Source: an uncultured Clostridium sp.
GTDB lineage: Bacteria > Bacillota > Clostridia > TANB77 > CAG-508
NCBI GenBank assembly: GCA_900554635.1
Contig: USHY01000001.1
Location: 18,728 to 82,727 of the forward strand
DNA length: 64,000 nt
Direction: 5' to 3'
Below the pieces are notes generated by a model that made no database searches, was not told where the DNA came from, and saw only the letters and a program-made list of their open reading frames with translations. This document shows positions 42,966 to 52,537 of the stretch, piece by piece (positions within the stretch are counted from its first letter, which is position 1; every line of letters starts with the position of its first letter). The position numbers were made by a program, and so were the translations under genes.

Positions 42966-44175
42966 TTATTTTTAATATTGTTGGATTAAATACAAACATT
43001 AGATAAAAGATAGTTACAAACTTAATTGTATTTGTTATCGCCAATATTACAAACATTACTATACATGCCATATATATTTCTTTATTTCTTTGTGAATTTA
43101 ATTCGTAAAAAGTATAATAGATAACACTTATAAGCATTATTATAATTGGAATGCTTCCTATTACTCCATATTCAGCAAATTGATCAAATATAAATGAATG
43201 ACCTCCTATTTTACCGCCATCTTGATTAAACAAATTTCCAAAAAATGGATGTTTTGTAAATGTATCTATTGATTCTCTATAGTGTTTTAGTCTAGCATTC
43301 AAGTCAACTGTTTCTTGTACATCTTCTCCTGATAATACCATTGCAATTTCAATAATTCGCATTTTTATGCTTTCATTTTTCATATTGTTAGATATTTTCA
43401 TTAATAATTTTGACATTGGATATGCTAATATAAATAAACTAATTATTAAAATTAATATACTTATTGCTATTTTTTTCAAGCTATTTACATTAAAGAAGAT
43501 AATTAACATTCCTATAGCTAAAATTATGTATGATATTAGATATTGCGCTTTATAAATTGTAAAAATAAAAAGTAAAATCATACAAATAAGACATATATTT
43601 TCTTTACTCATATTTTTATATCTTTTATCTTTTACTAATATACCAACTAATGCAACCACTACAAAACTCAACCCATAAATAAATGCATAGCCTCCAACAC
43701 CAAAAGTATTAATGGATTTTATCTCGATACCCGTTGCTAGTAATCTTGAAATATTTTTATGCGTATATAGTAAAGTAATTGTTCTAACACATACTATGAT
43801 TAATAATATGCTCGTTATTATTGCTATATTTTTTAAAATTTTATTATCATTTTTTTTTGAATAATATACAAAAAATGTCAAAACAGTGCTTATCCTAAAG
43901 TAATTTAATAAATAATAAAAGTTAATATTATCATATCCAAAAGCAAATAAAATAACATTAAATATGCACCATAGGTAAATTGAATACATGAAAAAATTTT
44001 TTTTGAAGAAAAAATTTATAAAAAAGTTCTTATCATTTTTAAAATTAACAATACATAATAATACTATGCCAAATAAAAAAACATATTTATTAGTCATTTC
44101 TGGTACTACATTAATTGCAATTAAAATCGAAATTGCAATATTTTCAATAATGTATATTAATTTATTTGATTTCAT
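42925..44175 (-). CDS. wzy: Wzy/O-antigen-ligase-like polymerase, locus A
   Basis: 416 aa, ~10 TM helices. Confidence 0.6.
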   Translation of the reverse strand: MKSNKLIYIIENIAISILIAINVVPEMTNKYVFLFGIVLLCIVNFKNDKNFFINFFFKKNFFMYSIYLWCIFNVILFAFGYDNINFYYLLNYFRISTVLTFFVYYSKKNDNKILKNIAIITSILLIIVCVRTITLLYTHKNISRLLATGIEIKSINTFGVGGYAFIYGLSFVVVALVGILVKDKRYKNMSKENICLICMILLFIFTIYKAQYLISYIILAIGMLIIFFNVNSLKKIAISILILIISLFILAYPMSKLLMKISNNMKNESIKMRIIEIAMVLSGEDVQETVDLNARLKHYRESIDTFTKHPFFGNLFNQDGGKIGGHSFIFDQFAEYGVIGSIPIIIMLISVIYYTFYELNSQRNKEIYMACIVMFVILAITNTIKFVTIFYLMFVFNPTILKISGKEENYENSLDS

Positions 44176-45385
44176 ATAAATTTTTCTCCTTTATCATTTT
44201 TATTATCTTTTGTGTCTGTTTTATATTATTTTTATTATCTTGCATAAATTTTATAGCCTCAGTTCCTTTTTTTTCTAGTATATCATTATTTAAACTTAAA
44301 CATTCCTGTAAACTATTTTTCATTCCTTCTACTGTTTCATCATTTATTAAATATACATAATTATAATATTCCTTTGGCATTCCTTGTAGCTTTGTTGTTA
44401 AGACTGGAGTTCCTGAAGCCATATATTCCATTATTTTTGAGGGAAATGAATACTTTGTATATTCATAATTTGAAAATCTAGGGTTAACTAGTAAAGTCAC
44501 CTTCTTCTCTAATTCCTTAACCTTTTCATTTGATATTGTTCCTAAGTATTTTATTCTATGGTTCTTCTTTGTTTTTTCTTTCACATATTGTTCTAATTTT
44601 CCATTACCACAAATTATAAACTCATAATTTCCTTCTAGTTTTTCAAATGCTTCAATAATGCATTTAATACCATATTCCTCTTTTATCCCTCCTGCATACA
44701 TTATAGTTTTAGTTTTAAATTTTTCAACTTTATCTTTAGATTCAAATTTACTAATTAGTCCTTCCATTATTAGATATGGTTTATTATCTTTGTTAATTAA
44801 TGTATTCATATTTTGTGTCAAAAAAATATATGAAGACATATTATGATAACAATATTTCATTTTATTTCTACAAATTCTTTTGATCATTCCCAGTTTTTTT
44901 GTATTCTCATTAACATTATACATATAATCATATATGTCAGCAAAAATTCCTGAAACATTAATATGATTTTTATTTGCAATTTTTATAATCATTGGTAATA
45001 TAGATACATAACTTGCATCTACAATTATTGCTTTGTCTCTATCCTTTTTATTTATTTTTATCCATTTTTTTAATTCTTTTTTAATATTTTTTTCTATAGT
45101 TAATTGTTTCAATATTGGTATATTAACAAAGCCAACCTGATTATATATAATATTATTATTTTTTACAATATTACTTTTCCAGAATTTTTTTTTATTTGTT
45201 TTTATTGATATTGGTAATCCTATTAACGATTCAACATCTACTTCCTCTTGCTTTTGCGCTGCCAATCCTGTTATAATTAAATTATGAAAATTAATAATTG
45301 AATCCCTTTGTTTAATCTTTGCTGTTTTATCTATTACTACTTTTTGATTTTTATTACAAGCTGATGATATATATAGTATTTTCAT
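44162..45385 (-). CDS. GT4 glycosyltransferase
   Basis: GT-B. SKIMEYMASGTPVLTT. Confidence 0.75.
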   Translation of the reverse strand: MKILYISSACNKNQKVVIDKTAKIKQRDSIINFHNLIITGLAAQKQEEVDVESLIGLPISIKTNKKKFWKSNIVKNNNIIYNQVGFVNIPILKQLTIEKNIKKELKKWIKINKKDRDKAIIVDASYVSILPMIIKIANKNHINVSGIFADIYDYMYNVNENTKKLGMIKRICRNKMKYCYHNMSSYIFLTQNMNTLINKDNKPYLIMEGLISKFESKDKVEKFKTKTIMYAGGIKEEYGIKCIIEAFEKLEGNYEFIICGNGKLEQYVKEKTKKNHRIKYLGTISNEKVKELEKKVTLLVNPRFSNYEYTKYSFPSKIMEYMASGTPVLTTKLQGMPKEYYNYVYLINDETVEGMKNSLQECLSLNNDILEKKGTEAIKFMQDNKNNIKQTQKIIKMIKEKNLYEIK

Positions 45386-46590
45386 TCTAACTCCTCATAT
45401 TTTTTTATATACTCTAAATATTTTACAACTCCGTTATATTTTTGGGCTTGCTTAATACACGCCTGACCTTTATATTTTTCTACTTCTTTTAAATAATTTA
45501 ATACCTCTTCTGGTCTTGGGTTGTTCAAAACTATACCACTAGTGCTATTTATACTTTCTGGGCTTCCCCCTGTATTATATGTAATTACAGGTGTTCCACA
45601 AGCAAGTGCTTCCAAATTAGTTGTTGGAAAGTTATCTTCGTATGTAAAATTGATAAAAACTGCTGCATTTGTATAAATGTTAGCTAATTCTTCTATGCTT
45701 TCTGTTCTTTTTATTCCAATAACATTTTTTGGTAAATTCTTTGTTTGTTTTTCATTAAGTCCTACAAGAACTACAATATAATTATTATCTAGTATTTTAG
45801 ATAATTTTATAAAATCATCCAATCCTTTTCTTCTTTCCCATGTTGCAGCTACACCAAGTATTATTTTTTTATCCTTTGGTATATTATTTTTTTCATAAAT
45901 GTTAATAGTATTTGTTGGTTTAAACTTTTCTAAGTCTATTCCGTTATTTATAACTGTTACTGAATATTCTTTTAAAAAGGATTGTTCCACAAGATTTTTA
46001 ATCCATTTTGATGGTGTTATCAGTTCTAAGTTTTTTATTCCTGTGAACAATTCTTTTTTATGTTTAAAATTTTTTTCTGAGTTATCTAAGCCTAAACTTG
46101 TTGGATAGTCATTTCTTCTTATACAATTTTTACACCCTGTCTTCCATTGTTCACATTCAGGATATGTAAAATATGAGCAATGGCCTGTAAATGCCCAACA
46201 GTCATGTAGTGTCCAAAATATTTTTTTGTTGCAGGTTTTTAGATATTTAAATAGTATATCTAGATTCAAATAATATCCATGTAGATTGTGTAATTGAATT
46301 ACATCTGGGTCTATTTTTTTTATTTCTTTTACTAATTTTTTTGTTGCTCTTTTGCTACCATATCCATGTTTATCAAATACTCTTGTAAGAAATAAATTCC
46401 ACAGTACATCAAACTTATTTCCTATTTTAAAGCATTTATCGTTTGATGGTTTGCCTCTTCCATAGAATGAGTATGCCTCATATCCATGCTCCTCGGCTGC
46501 TTTTTGTATTTGCTCCATTATTCTGCCTGTGCTTCCATTACATACAACATTTATTTGAACTAGTTTTTTGCTCAAATTTATTTCCCCCAA
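45382..46590 (-). CDS. GT4 glycosyltransferase
   Basis: GT-B. TNLEALACGTPVITYNTGGSPE. Confidence 0.75.
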   Translation of the reverse strand: MGEINLSKKLVQINVVCNGSTGRIMEQIQKAAEEHGYEAYSFYGRGKPSNDKCFKIGNKFDVLWNLFLTRVFDKHGYGSKRATKKLVKEIKKIDPDVIQLHNLHGYYLNLDILFKYLKTCNKKIFWTLHDCWAFTGHCSYFTYPECEQWKTGCKNCIRRNDYPTSLGLDNSEKNFKHKKELFTGIKNLELITPSKWIKNLVEQSFLKEYSVTVINNGIDLEKFKPTNTINIYEKNNIPKDKKIILGVAATWERRKGLDDFIKLSKILDNNYIVVLVGLNEKQTKNLPKNVIGIKRTESIEELANIYTNAAVFINFTYEDNFPTTNLEALACGTPVITYNTGGSPESINSTSGIVLNNPRPEEVLNYLKEVEKYKGQACIKQAQKYNGVVKYLEYIKKYEELE

Positions 46591-47702
46591 ACTGTTCTAT
46601 TTACAATATCAGTATAACTTTGTATTAATTTTACAACTTTCACTGATACATTTGTATCTGCATAATCTTCTGCCATAACTACTTCTTCATTATTTGCTCT
46701 CATTTCTACTGCAAGTTCCATTGCTTGTTCAACTGTTTTGTCTGTTATTCCACCTATTACTACTGAACCTTTGTCTAAGACTTCTGGTCTTTCTGTTGAT
46801 GTTCTGATTAGAACTCCTGCAAATCCTAGCATTGCACTTTCTTCTGATAGTGTTCCACTATCTGATAATACACAGTAGCTGTTCATTTGTAGTTTGTTGT
46901 AATCTCTAAATCCAAATGGTTTTAGATTTTGTACTAGTGGATGGAATTTGAAATTTCTTTTGTCTATGAATTTTTGGCTTCTTGGATGTGTTGAGTAAAT
47001 TACTGGCATTTGATATTTTTCTGCTATATCATTTATTGCATTCATTAGAGACATAAAGTGTTCTTCGTTGTCTATATTTTCTTCTCTATGTGCAGACAAT
47101 ATTATATACTTATTCTTTTCTAAATGCAACCTTTCTAGTACATCACTTTTTTCTATTTCTTCCATATGGTCTCTTAAAACTTCTCGCATTGGTGAGCCTG
47201 TTACAAATATTGTTTTTCCATCTATTCCTTCTGATAATAGGTATCTTCTTGAATGTTCTGTGTAAGGTAAATTAATATCTGAAATATGATCAACTATTTT
47301 TCTGTTTATCATTTCTGATACATTCCAATCCCAACATCTATTTCCTGCTTCCATGTGAAAAATTGGTATTTTTAATCTTTTAGCTGAAATTGCTGATAAT
47401 GCTGAGTTTGTGTCTCCTAAAAGTAATACTGCATCTGGTTTTTCTTCTAACATTATTTCATAAGATTTTGCAATTATATTTCCCATTGTTTCGCCTAAAT
47501 CTTTTCCTGCTGAATCTAAATAATAATCTGGTGCTCTTAAACCTAAATCTTCAAAGAAAACTTGGTTTAGTGTATAATCCCAGTTTTGCCCAGTATGTAC
47601 TAGCACGTGATTAAAATATTTATCAGCACATTTTATAACTGCTGAAAGTCTTATTATTTCTGGTCGTGTTCCTATTATTGTCATCAATTTTAATTTTTCC
47701 AT
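46578..47702 (-). CDS. fnlC: UDP-N-acetylglucosamine 2-epimerase, FnlC/Cap5G/WbjD type (UDP-L-FucNAc pathway step 3)
   Basis: Start ATG 47702 (MEKLKLMTIIGTRPEIIRLS). Follows the capE-capF pair. Confidence 0.8.
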   Translation of the reverse strand: MEKLKLMTIIGTRPEIIRLSAVIKCADKYFNHVLVHTGQNWDYTLNQVFFEDLGLRAPDYYLDSAGKDLGETMGNIIAKSYEIMLEEKPDAVLLLGDTNSALSAISAKRLKIPIFHMEAGNRCWDWNVSEMINRKIVDHISDINLPYTEHSRRYLLSEGIDGKTIFVTGSPMREVLRDHMEEIEKSDVLERLHLEKNKYIILSAHREENIDNEEHFMSLMNAINDIAEKYQMPVIYSTHPRSQKFIDKRNFKFHPLVQNLKPFGFRDYNKLQMNSYCVLSDSGTLSEESAMLGFAGVLIRTSTERPEVLDKGSVVIGGITDKTVEQAMELAVEMRANNEEVVMAEDYADTNVSVKVVKLIQSYTDIVNRTVWGK

Positions 47703-47703
47703 T

Positions 47704-48813
47704 TTATACCTCCAAAAAATATGTATCTGGTTTTTCTGGGTCAAATACTTCATTTGCCCACATTATTGTTACTAAATCAGTATCTCCAGTGTTTTCTATG
47801 TTATGTGTATATCCAACTGGAATATCCACAACTTCAATCTTTTCTCCACTTACATGGTATTCTATTACTCTATCTGAATCCACTTTTCTAAATCTAATAA
47901 CACCTTTTCCACTTACTACAATAAATTTTTCGTTTTTTGTATTATGCCAATGGTTTCCTTTTACAATTCCTGGTTTTGATATATTTACTGAAATCTGGCC
48001 TCTCTCTAGTGTCTTTAGCATTTCTGTAAATGAACCCCTATCATCTATATTGTTTTTTAAAGAATAGCTAAATTCATTTTCTGGTAAGTAACTTAAATAT
48101 GTACTATATAGTTTTTTTGAAAACTCATCTTTTACATCTGGTAACTGTAAATTTTCTCTTGATTCCTTAAATGAGTTTAAAAGTTCAACTATTTTTCCTA
48201 ATTTAATAGTGTACACTGGTTCAACTTGGCAATAGTTATTGTTTTTGTTTTCTTTTCCTTCTAAAGCATTTACTAACTCATTTACTACATCATCTATATA
48301 AATTAAATTCATTATAACTTCTGGGTCATTTACAGTGATACTTAAGTTTCTTGCTATATTATGGCAAAATGTTGCTATTGCACTATTATAGTTTGGTCTG
48401 CACCATTTACCAAATACATTTTGAAATCTATATACCAATACTTTTACATTATTTCTTTTACCATACTCAAAAATCAAATCTTCCCCAGCCTTTTTGCTTT
48501 TTCCATAAGGATTATCTAAGGCTGCTTGGATTGAAGATGAAATCATAATTGGGCATTTGTTATTGTTTAATTCTAGTAAATCCAATAATTTTAATGTGAA
48601 CCCAAAGTTTCCTTTCATAAATTCTTCTTCATTTTCTGGTCTATTTACACCAGCTAGATGGAATACAAATTCGCATTTTTTTGTATATTCCTCTAATTCT
48701 TCTTGAGTTGTATCTATGTCGCATTCATAAATTTCGATATAGTCTTTATGTTTTAGTTCTTGAATTAGGTTTTTACCTATAAAACCTTTTGCTCCTGTTA
48801 CTAATACTTTCAT
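47704..48813 (-). CDS. fnlB: CapF/FnlB/WbjC bifunctional reductase-epimerase (N-terminal SDR plus C-terminal cupin)
   Basis: MKVLVTGAKGFIGKNL...PYGKSK and C-terminal cupin. 369 aa. Confidence 0.8.
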   Translation of the reverse strand: MKVLVTGAKGFIGKNLIQELKHKDYIEIYECDIDTTQEELEEYTKKCEFVFHLAGVNRPENEEEFMKGNFGFTLKLLDLLELNNNKCPIMISSSIQAALDNPYGKSKKAGEDLIFEYGKRNNVKVLVYRFQNVFGKWCRPNYNSAIATFCHNIARNLSITVNDPEVIMNLIYIDDVVNELVNALEGKENKNNNYCQVEPVYTIKLGKIVELLNSFKESRENLQLPDVKDEFSKKLYSTYLSYLPENEFSYSLKNNIDDRGSFTEMLKTLERGQISVNISKPGIVKGNHWHNTKNEKFIVVSGKGVIRFRKVDSDRVIEYHVSGEKIEVVDIPVGYTHNIENTGDTDLVTIMWANEVFDPEKPDTYFLEV

Positions 48814-48822
48814 ACCTTCTCC

Positions 48823-49845
48823 TTATTTTTTCCAGCTTTTTAATTCCTCTTGAATATAATCTAACTGTAATAATTTTGCTTTTACTTGGTCAATATTTAA
48901 AAGTTCTGTATTATTTGAATTAAATTCTGATAATTTTGTTCTTTCTTGATTTCCATCTACAAAGTATTTATCATAATTTAAGTCTCTTTTATCACATGGA
49001 ACTCTATAGAAATTTCCCATATCTATTGCATGAACACATTCTTCGTTTGTTAAAAGTGTTTCATACATTTTCTCTCCATGTCTAATTCCTATTACTCTTG
49101 TTTCTTCATCTTGTGCACCAAATAGTTCTTTTACAGCTTGTGCTAGAACTTCAATTGTACATGCTGGTGCTTTTTGTACCATTATGTCTCCTGCTTCAGC
49201 ATTTTTGAAAGCAAATACAACTAGTTCAACTGCTTCTTCTAGGCTCATTATAAATCTTGTCATTTTTGGTTCTGTTACTGTTAGTGGTTTTCCAGCTTTA
49301 ATTTGTTCAATAAATAGTGGAATTACGGAGCCTCTTGAACACATTACATTTCCATATCTTGTTGCACATATTGTTGTTTTATTTGGGTCTACTGTTCTTG
49401 ATTTTGCAACAATAACCTTCTCCATCATAGCTTTTGATGTTCCCATTGCGTTTACTGGGTATGCAGCTTTGTCTGTTGATAAACAAATTACTTTTTTAAC
49501 TCCTTCATCAATTGCTGCTGTTAATACATTGTCTGTTCCAAGTACATTTGTTTTAACAGCCTCTAGTGGGAAAAATTCACAGCTTGGAACTTGTTTTAAT
49601 GCTGCCGCATGGAAAATATAATCAACACCATGCATTGCATTTTTAACACTTGCTAAATCTCTTACATCTCCTATATAAAATTTAATCTTATCATTATGAT
49701 ACTCTTTTCTCATATCATCTTGTTTTTTTTCATCACGAGAAAAAATTCTTATTTCTCCTATATCAGTATCTAAAAATCTGTTAAGTACAGCATGTCCAAA
49801 TGAACCAGTACCTCCTGTAATCATTAAAGTTTTTCCTTTAAACAT
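48823..49845 (-). CDS. fnlA: UDP-GlcNAc 4,6-dehydratase/5-epimerase CapE/FnlA/WbjB
   Basis: Start ATG 49845 (MFKGKTLMITGGTGSFGHAVLNRFL), overlapping the upstream gene stop. RBS AAAGGGG. Confidence 0.85.
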   Translation of the reverse strand: MFKGKTLMITGGTGSFGHAVLNRFLDTDIGEIRIFSRDEKKQDDMRKEYHNDKIKFYIGDVRDLASVKNAMHGVDYIFHAAALKQVPSCEFFPLEAVKTNVLGTDNVLTAAIDEGVKKVICLSTDKAAYPVNAMGTSKAMMEKVIVAKSRTVDPNKTTICATRYGNVMCSRGSVIPLFIEQIKAGKPLTVTEPKMTRFIMSLEEAVELVVFAFKNAEAGDIMVQKAPACTIEVLAQAVKELFGAQDEETRVIGIRHGEKMYETLLTNEECVHAIDMGNFYRVPCDKRDLNYDKYFVDGNQERTKLSEFNSNNTELLNIDQVKAKLLQLDYIQEELKSWKK

Positions 49846-51061
49846 TGTTATTACCCCTTTCAAATATAACTTTATCCATTTTTTCTAGCAATAGCTCTTT
49901 TTCATAATTGTTCCTGAAAAAGTTTACAGCATTTTTTTTCATTTTGTGGAAATCTTGTTTGTCCATTCTTAAAATTTGTTCTATTGTTTCAGTAATTTGT
50001 TTGCTATCATGCTTTACACAAAAACCTGCTTTTGAATCTTTTATAACCCTTTTAGCCTCTCCATCAACACATCCTAAAATTGGTATACCACATGCTAGGT
50101 ATGATTGAAGTTTGGCTGGTAATATTTGATTAGATATTTCATCATCTTTTAATGATAAAAATGCCATGTCACAAGCTGAATAATACTTTGGAATTTCTAT
50201 TGCTGGTTTTTTATCTATAAAATGAATAATATCTTGAACGTTTTCTTTTTTTACTTCTTGAATAAGTAAATTCTTTGCTCTTCCATCGCCTATTAAATAA
50301 AATTCTACTTTGTCCTTTTTTTGTTTTATTTGCTTTGCTACCGTTACCAATATATCCAAGCCCTGTGCTTGCCCAATATTGCCTGCAAAGACAATTTTAA
50401 AGTTGTCATTCTCTGGTATTTCAGATATATTGATATATTCTTTTGGAATTGGTTTGTAAAAAGTTTCTGCATATTGTGGCCAAAATATCAATTTACTAGA
50501 TGGCTGCCCTCTTTTTTCTATTGATTTAATAAAACTTTCTGATGATGTAAAAATTCTATCACATTGCTTATATATCTTGTCTACCATTTTGCCTACAAAA
50601 TTTAATATCGTTTTATTCTTAATTCCAGTCGCAAGTTCTATGCTTTCTGGCCAAAGATCCATTACATATAAGTTGCATTCAATCTTTTTTCTTTTTGCAT
50701 ACCATATTCCTACATAGCTTTGAGTCATTGGTGATACTTCATAAATAAATACTTTATCGAATTTCTTGCGTGTGAATTTGGCGAAGAAAAATCCTGAAAT
50801 CACAAAAGATATGTAATTTAGAACTAATCTTATTGCATTTTTCCCTCTAGAGATAATTGGTAACCTAATAATATTTACTCCATCTTTCTGTTCTTTTCTG
50901 TTTTTAAACCAGCTATATCCTTTATAGAACTTTCCTTGTGGATAATTTGGTATTCCTGTTACAACTGTAACATTGTGACCTCTTTTTACCCATTCTTTAC
51001 ATATATCATTTATTCTAAACTGTTCTGGATAATAGTATTGCGATATAACTAAAAGATTCAT
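49838..51061 (-). CDS. GT4 glycosyltransferase (WbuB-like, typical L-FucNAc transferase partner of fnlABC)
   Basis: MNLLVISQYYYPEQFRINDICKEW... Confidence 0.75.
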   Translation of the reverse strand: MNLLVISQYYYPEQFRINDICKEWVKRGHNVTVVTGIPNYPQGKFYKGYSWFKNRKEQKDGVNIIRLPIISRGKNAIRLVLNYISFVISGFFFAKFTRKKFDKVFIYEVSPMTQSYVGIWYAKRKKIECNLYVMDLWPESIELATGIKNKTILNFVGKMVDKIYKQCDRIFTSSESFIKSIEKRGQPSSKLIFWPQYAETFYKPIPKEYINISEIPENDNFKIVFAGNIGQAQGLDILVTVAKQIKQKKDKVEFYLIGDGRAKNLLIQEVKKENVQDIIHFIDKKPAIEIPKYYSACDMAFLSLKDDEISNQILPAKLQSYLACGIPILGCVDGEAKRVIKDSKAGFCVKHDSKQITETIEQILRMDKQDFHKMKKNAVNFFRNNYEKELLLEKMDKVIFERGNNNV

Positions 51062-51912
51062 TATATACTTCTCCTTATGCTTTCATCATTTTCTACTACT
51101 ATATAATCAAATTCCGGCATTAAATTTTGATTATATGTTTTATTTCCAAAAACTTTATTTATATAATTAACTTTTTTAGATAATAATTTGATTATCCAAT
51201 TAAAAGCTTTTGTAAAATGAATTTTCTTTTTCTGTGTTTCAGCAAGTATTTCTATTATGTGCTTGGTAGATAAATATTCTCTGTTTTGTGGATAAAAAAC
51301 CCCAGAACATTGCAGTTCAATTATTTTGCTAAAGAATTCGCATAAATTATCTATGTATATCATACTTCGCTCATTTTTGATATCTGGGAAAATTGGACTA
51401 ATTTTAGCTATTTTTTTTAATTTTGGAAAATTTCCCTTGCATCCTGGTCCATATACCATTGGAGTTCTTATAATTACTGTTTTAAATTCACTATCATTTA
51501 ATTTTTGTATACCTAAGTCTGCTTCTAGCTTGCTTCTTCCATAGCAATCAATTGGGTTTGCCTTTGTTGCTTCTGTTATATTCTTTTCTTCTCCTATTTT
51601 TCCATCTTTTCCATAAATAATCATACTGCTCATGAAAATAAACTGCTTTACTCCTTCTTTTTTAGCTTTTTCAGCAGTTTGAATTGCTAAATCCCTATTA
51701 ACTTTTAAATATAGTTCTTCCATTTTAGGGTCTGCAGATACATGTGCAATTCCAGCAACGTGTATAATAGAATCGTATTTTGAAAAATCAAATTTTTTCC
51801 AATTTTCATTTTGCATTTCTAGTTCATCTACAATATGTCCTTTTCTTTCCAGCCACTTTTTTGCATTTTTTCCTATAAAGCTTCCCTTTCCTGTTATTAA
51901 AATCTTTTTCAT
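51061..51912 (-). CDS. NAD-dependent epimerase/dehydratase (SDR)
   Basis: MKKILITGKGSFIGKN...YGRSK. TAATG overlap with downstream GT4. Confidence 0.75.
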   Translation of the reverse strand: MKKILITGKGSFIGKNAKKWLERKGHIVDELEMQNENWKKFDFSKYDSIIHVAGIAHVSADPKMEELYLKVNRDLAIQTAEKAKKEGVKQFIFMSSMIIYGKDGKIGEEKNITEATKANPIDCYGRSKLEADLGIQKLNDSEFKTVIIRTPMVYGPGCKGNFPKLKKIAKISPIFPDIKNERSMIYIDNLCEFFSKIIELQCSGVFYPQNREYLSTKHIIEILAETQKKKIHFTKAFNWIIKLLSKKVNYINKVFGNKTYNQNLMPEFDYIVVENDESIRRSI

Positions 51913-52524
51913 TATTTATTTTTTTCCTCTTTCTTTCCTTCAACTACGCCATCATGCTTAAAAACCTTTATAATTGTTTCAAAAAATATTTTTAAGTCAC
52001 ACAAGAATGACATTTTCTCTACATATTCACCATCTAGCTTTGCTTTTACTGGTATTTCTAGTTCATCTCTTCCGGTTTACTTGTGCCCAACCTGTAAGGC
52101 CTGGCCTTATGCTGTTTGCATTGTATTTGTCTCTTTCTGCTATTAAGTCATCTTGATTCCACAAAGCCGGTCTTGGGCCTATTATGCTCATTTCTCCTTT
52201 TAGTATGTTTATTATTTGTGGCAATTCATCAATGCTAGTTTTTCTCATAATTTTTCCAAATTTTGTTATATAGCTTTCTGCATTATTTAATAAATGTGTT
52301 GGTGTATCTTTGGGGGTATCTGTTCTCATTGTTCTAAATTTGTATATTTTAAAGTGCTTTTTGTTTTTTCCTATTCTTTCTTGTTTGAAGAAAATTGGTC
52401 CTTTGCTTTCTAGTTTTATGATTATAGCAAAAATCAAGAAAAAAGGAAAAAGTATTATTAAGGCTATAGCACTTAGGATAAAATCAATTATTTGTTTAAT
52501 GACTATATATATTTTCTTTCTCAT
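51912..52524 (-). pseudogene. Small priming phosphoglycosyltransferase (bacterial sugar transferase, WbaP/PglC C-domain type), split by +1 frameshift
   Basis: ORF 52063-52524 ends ...PGLTGWAQVNRKR*. Removing one C/G from plus tccggttt (52082-52085) gives ...GWAQVNGRDELEIPVKAKLDGEYVEKMSFLCDLKIFFETIIKVFKHDGVVEGKKEEKNK*, ending TAATG with the next gene. Confidence 0.8.
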
Positions 52525-52537
52525 TACTTTTTCCCTT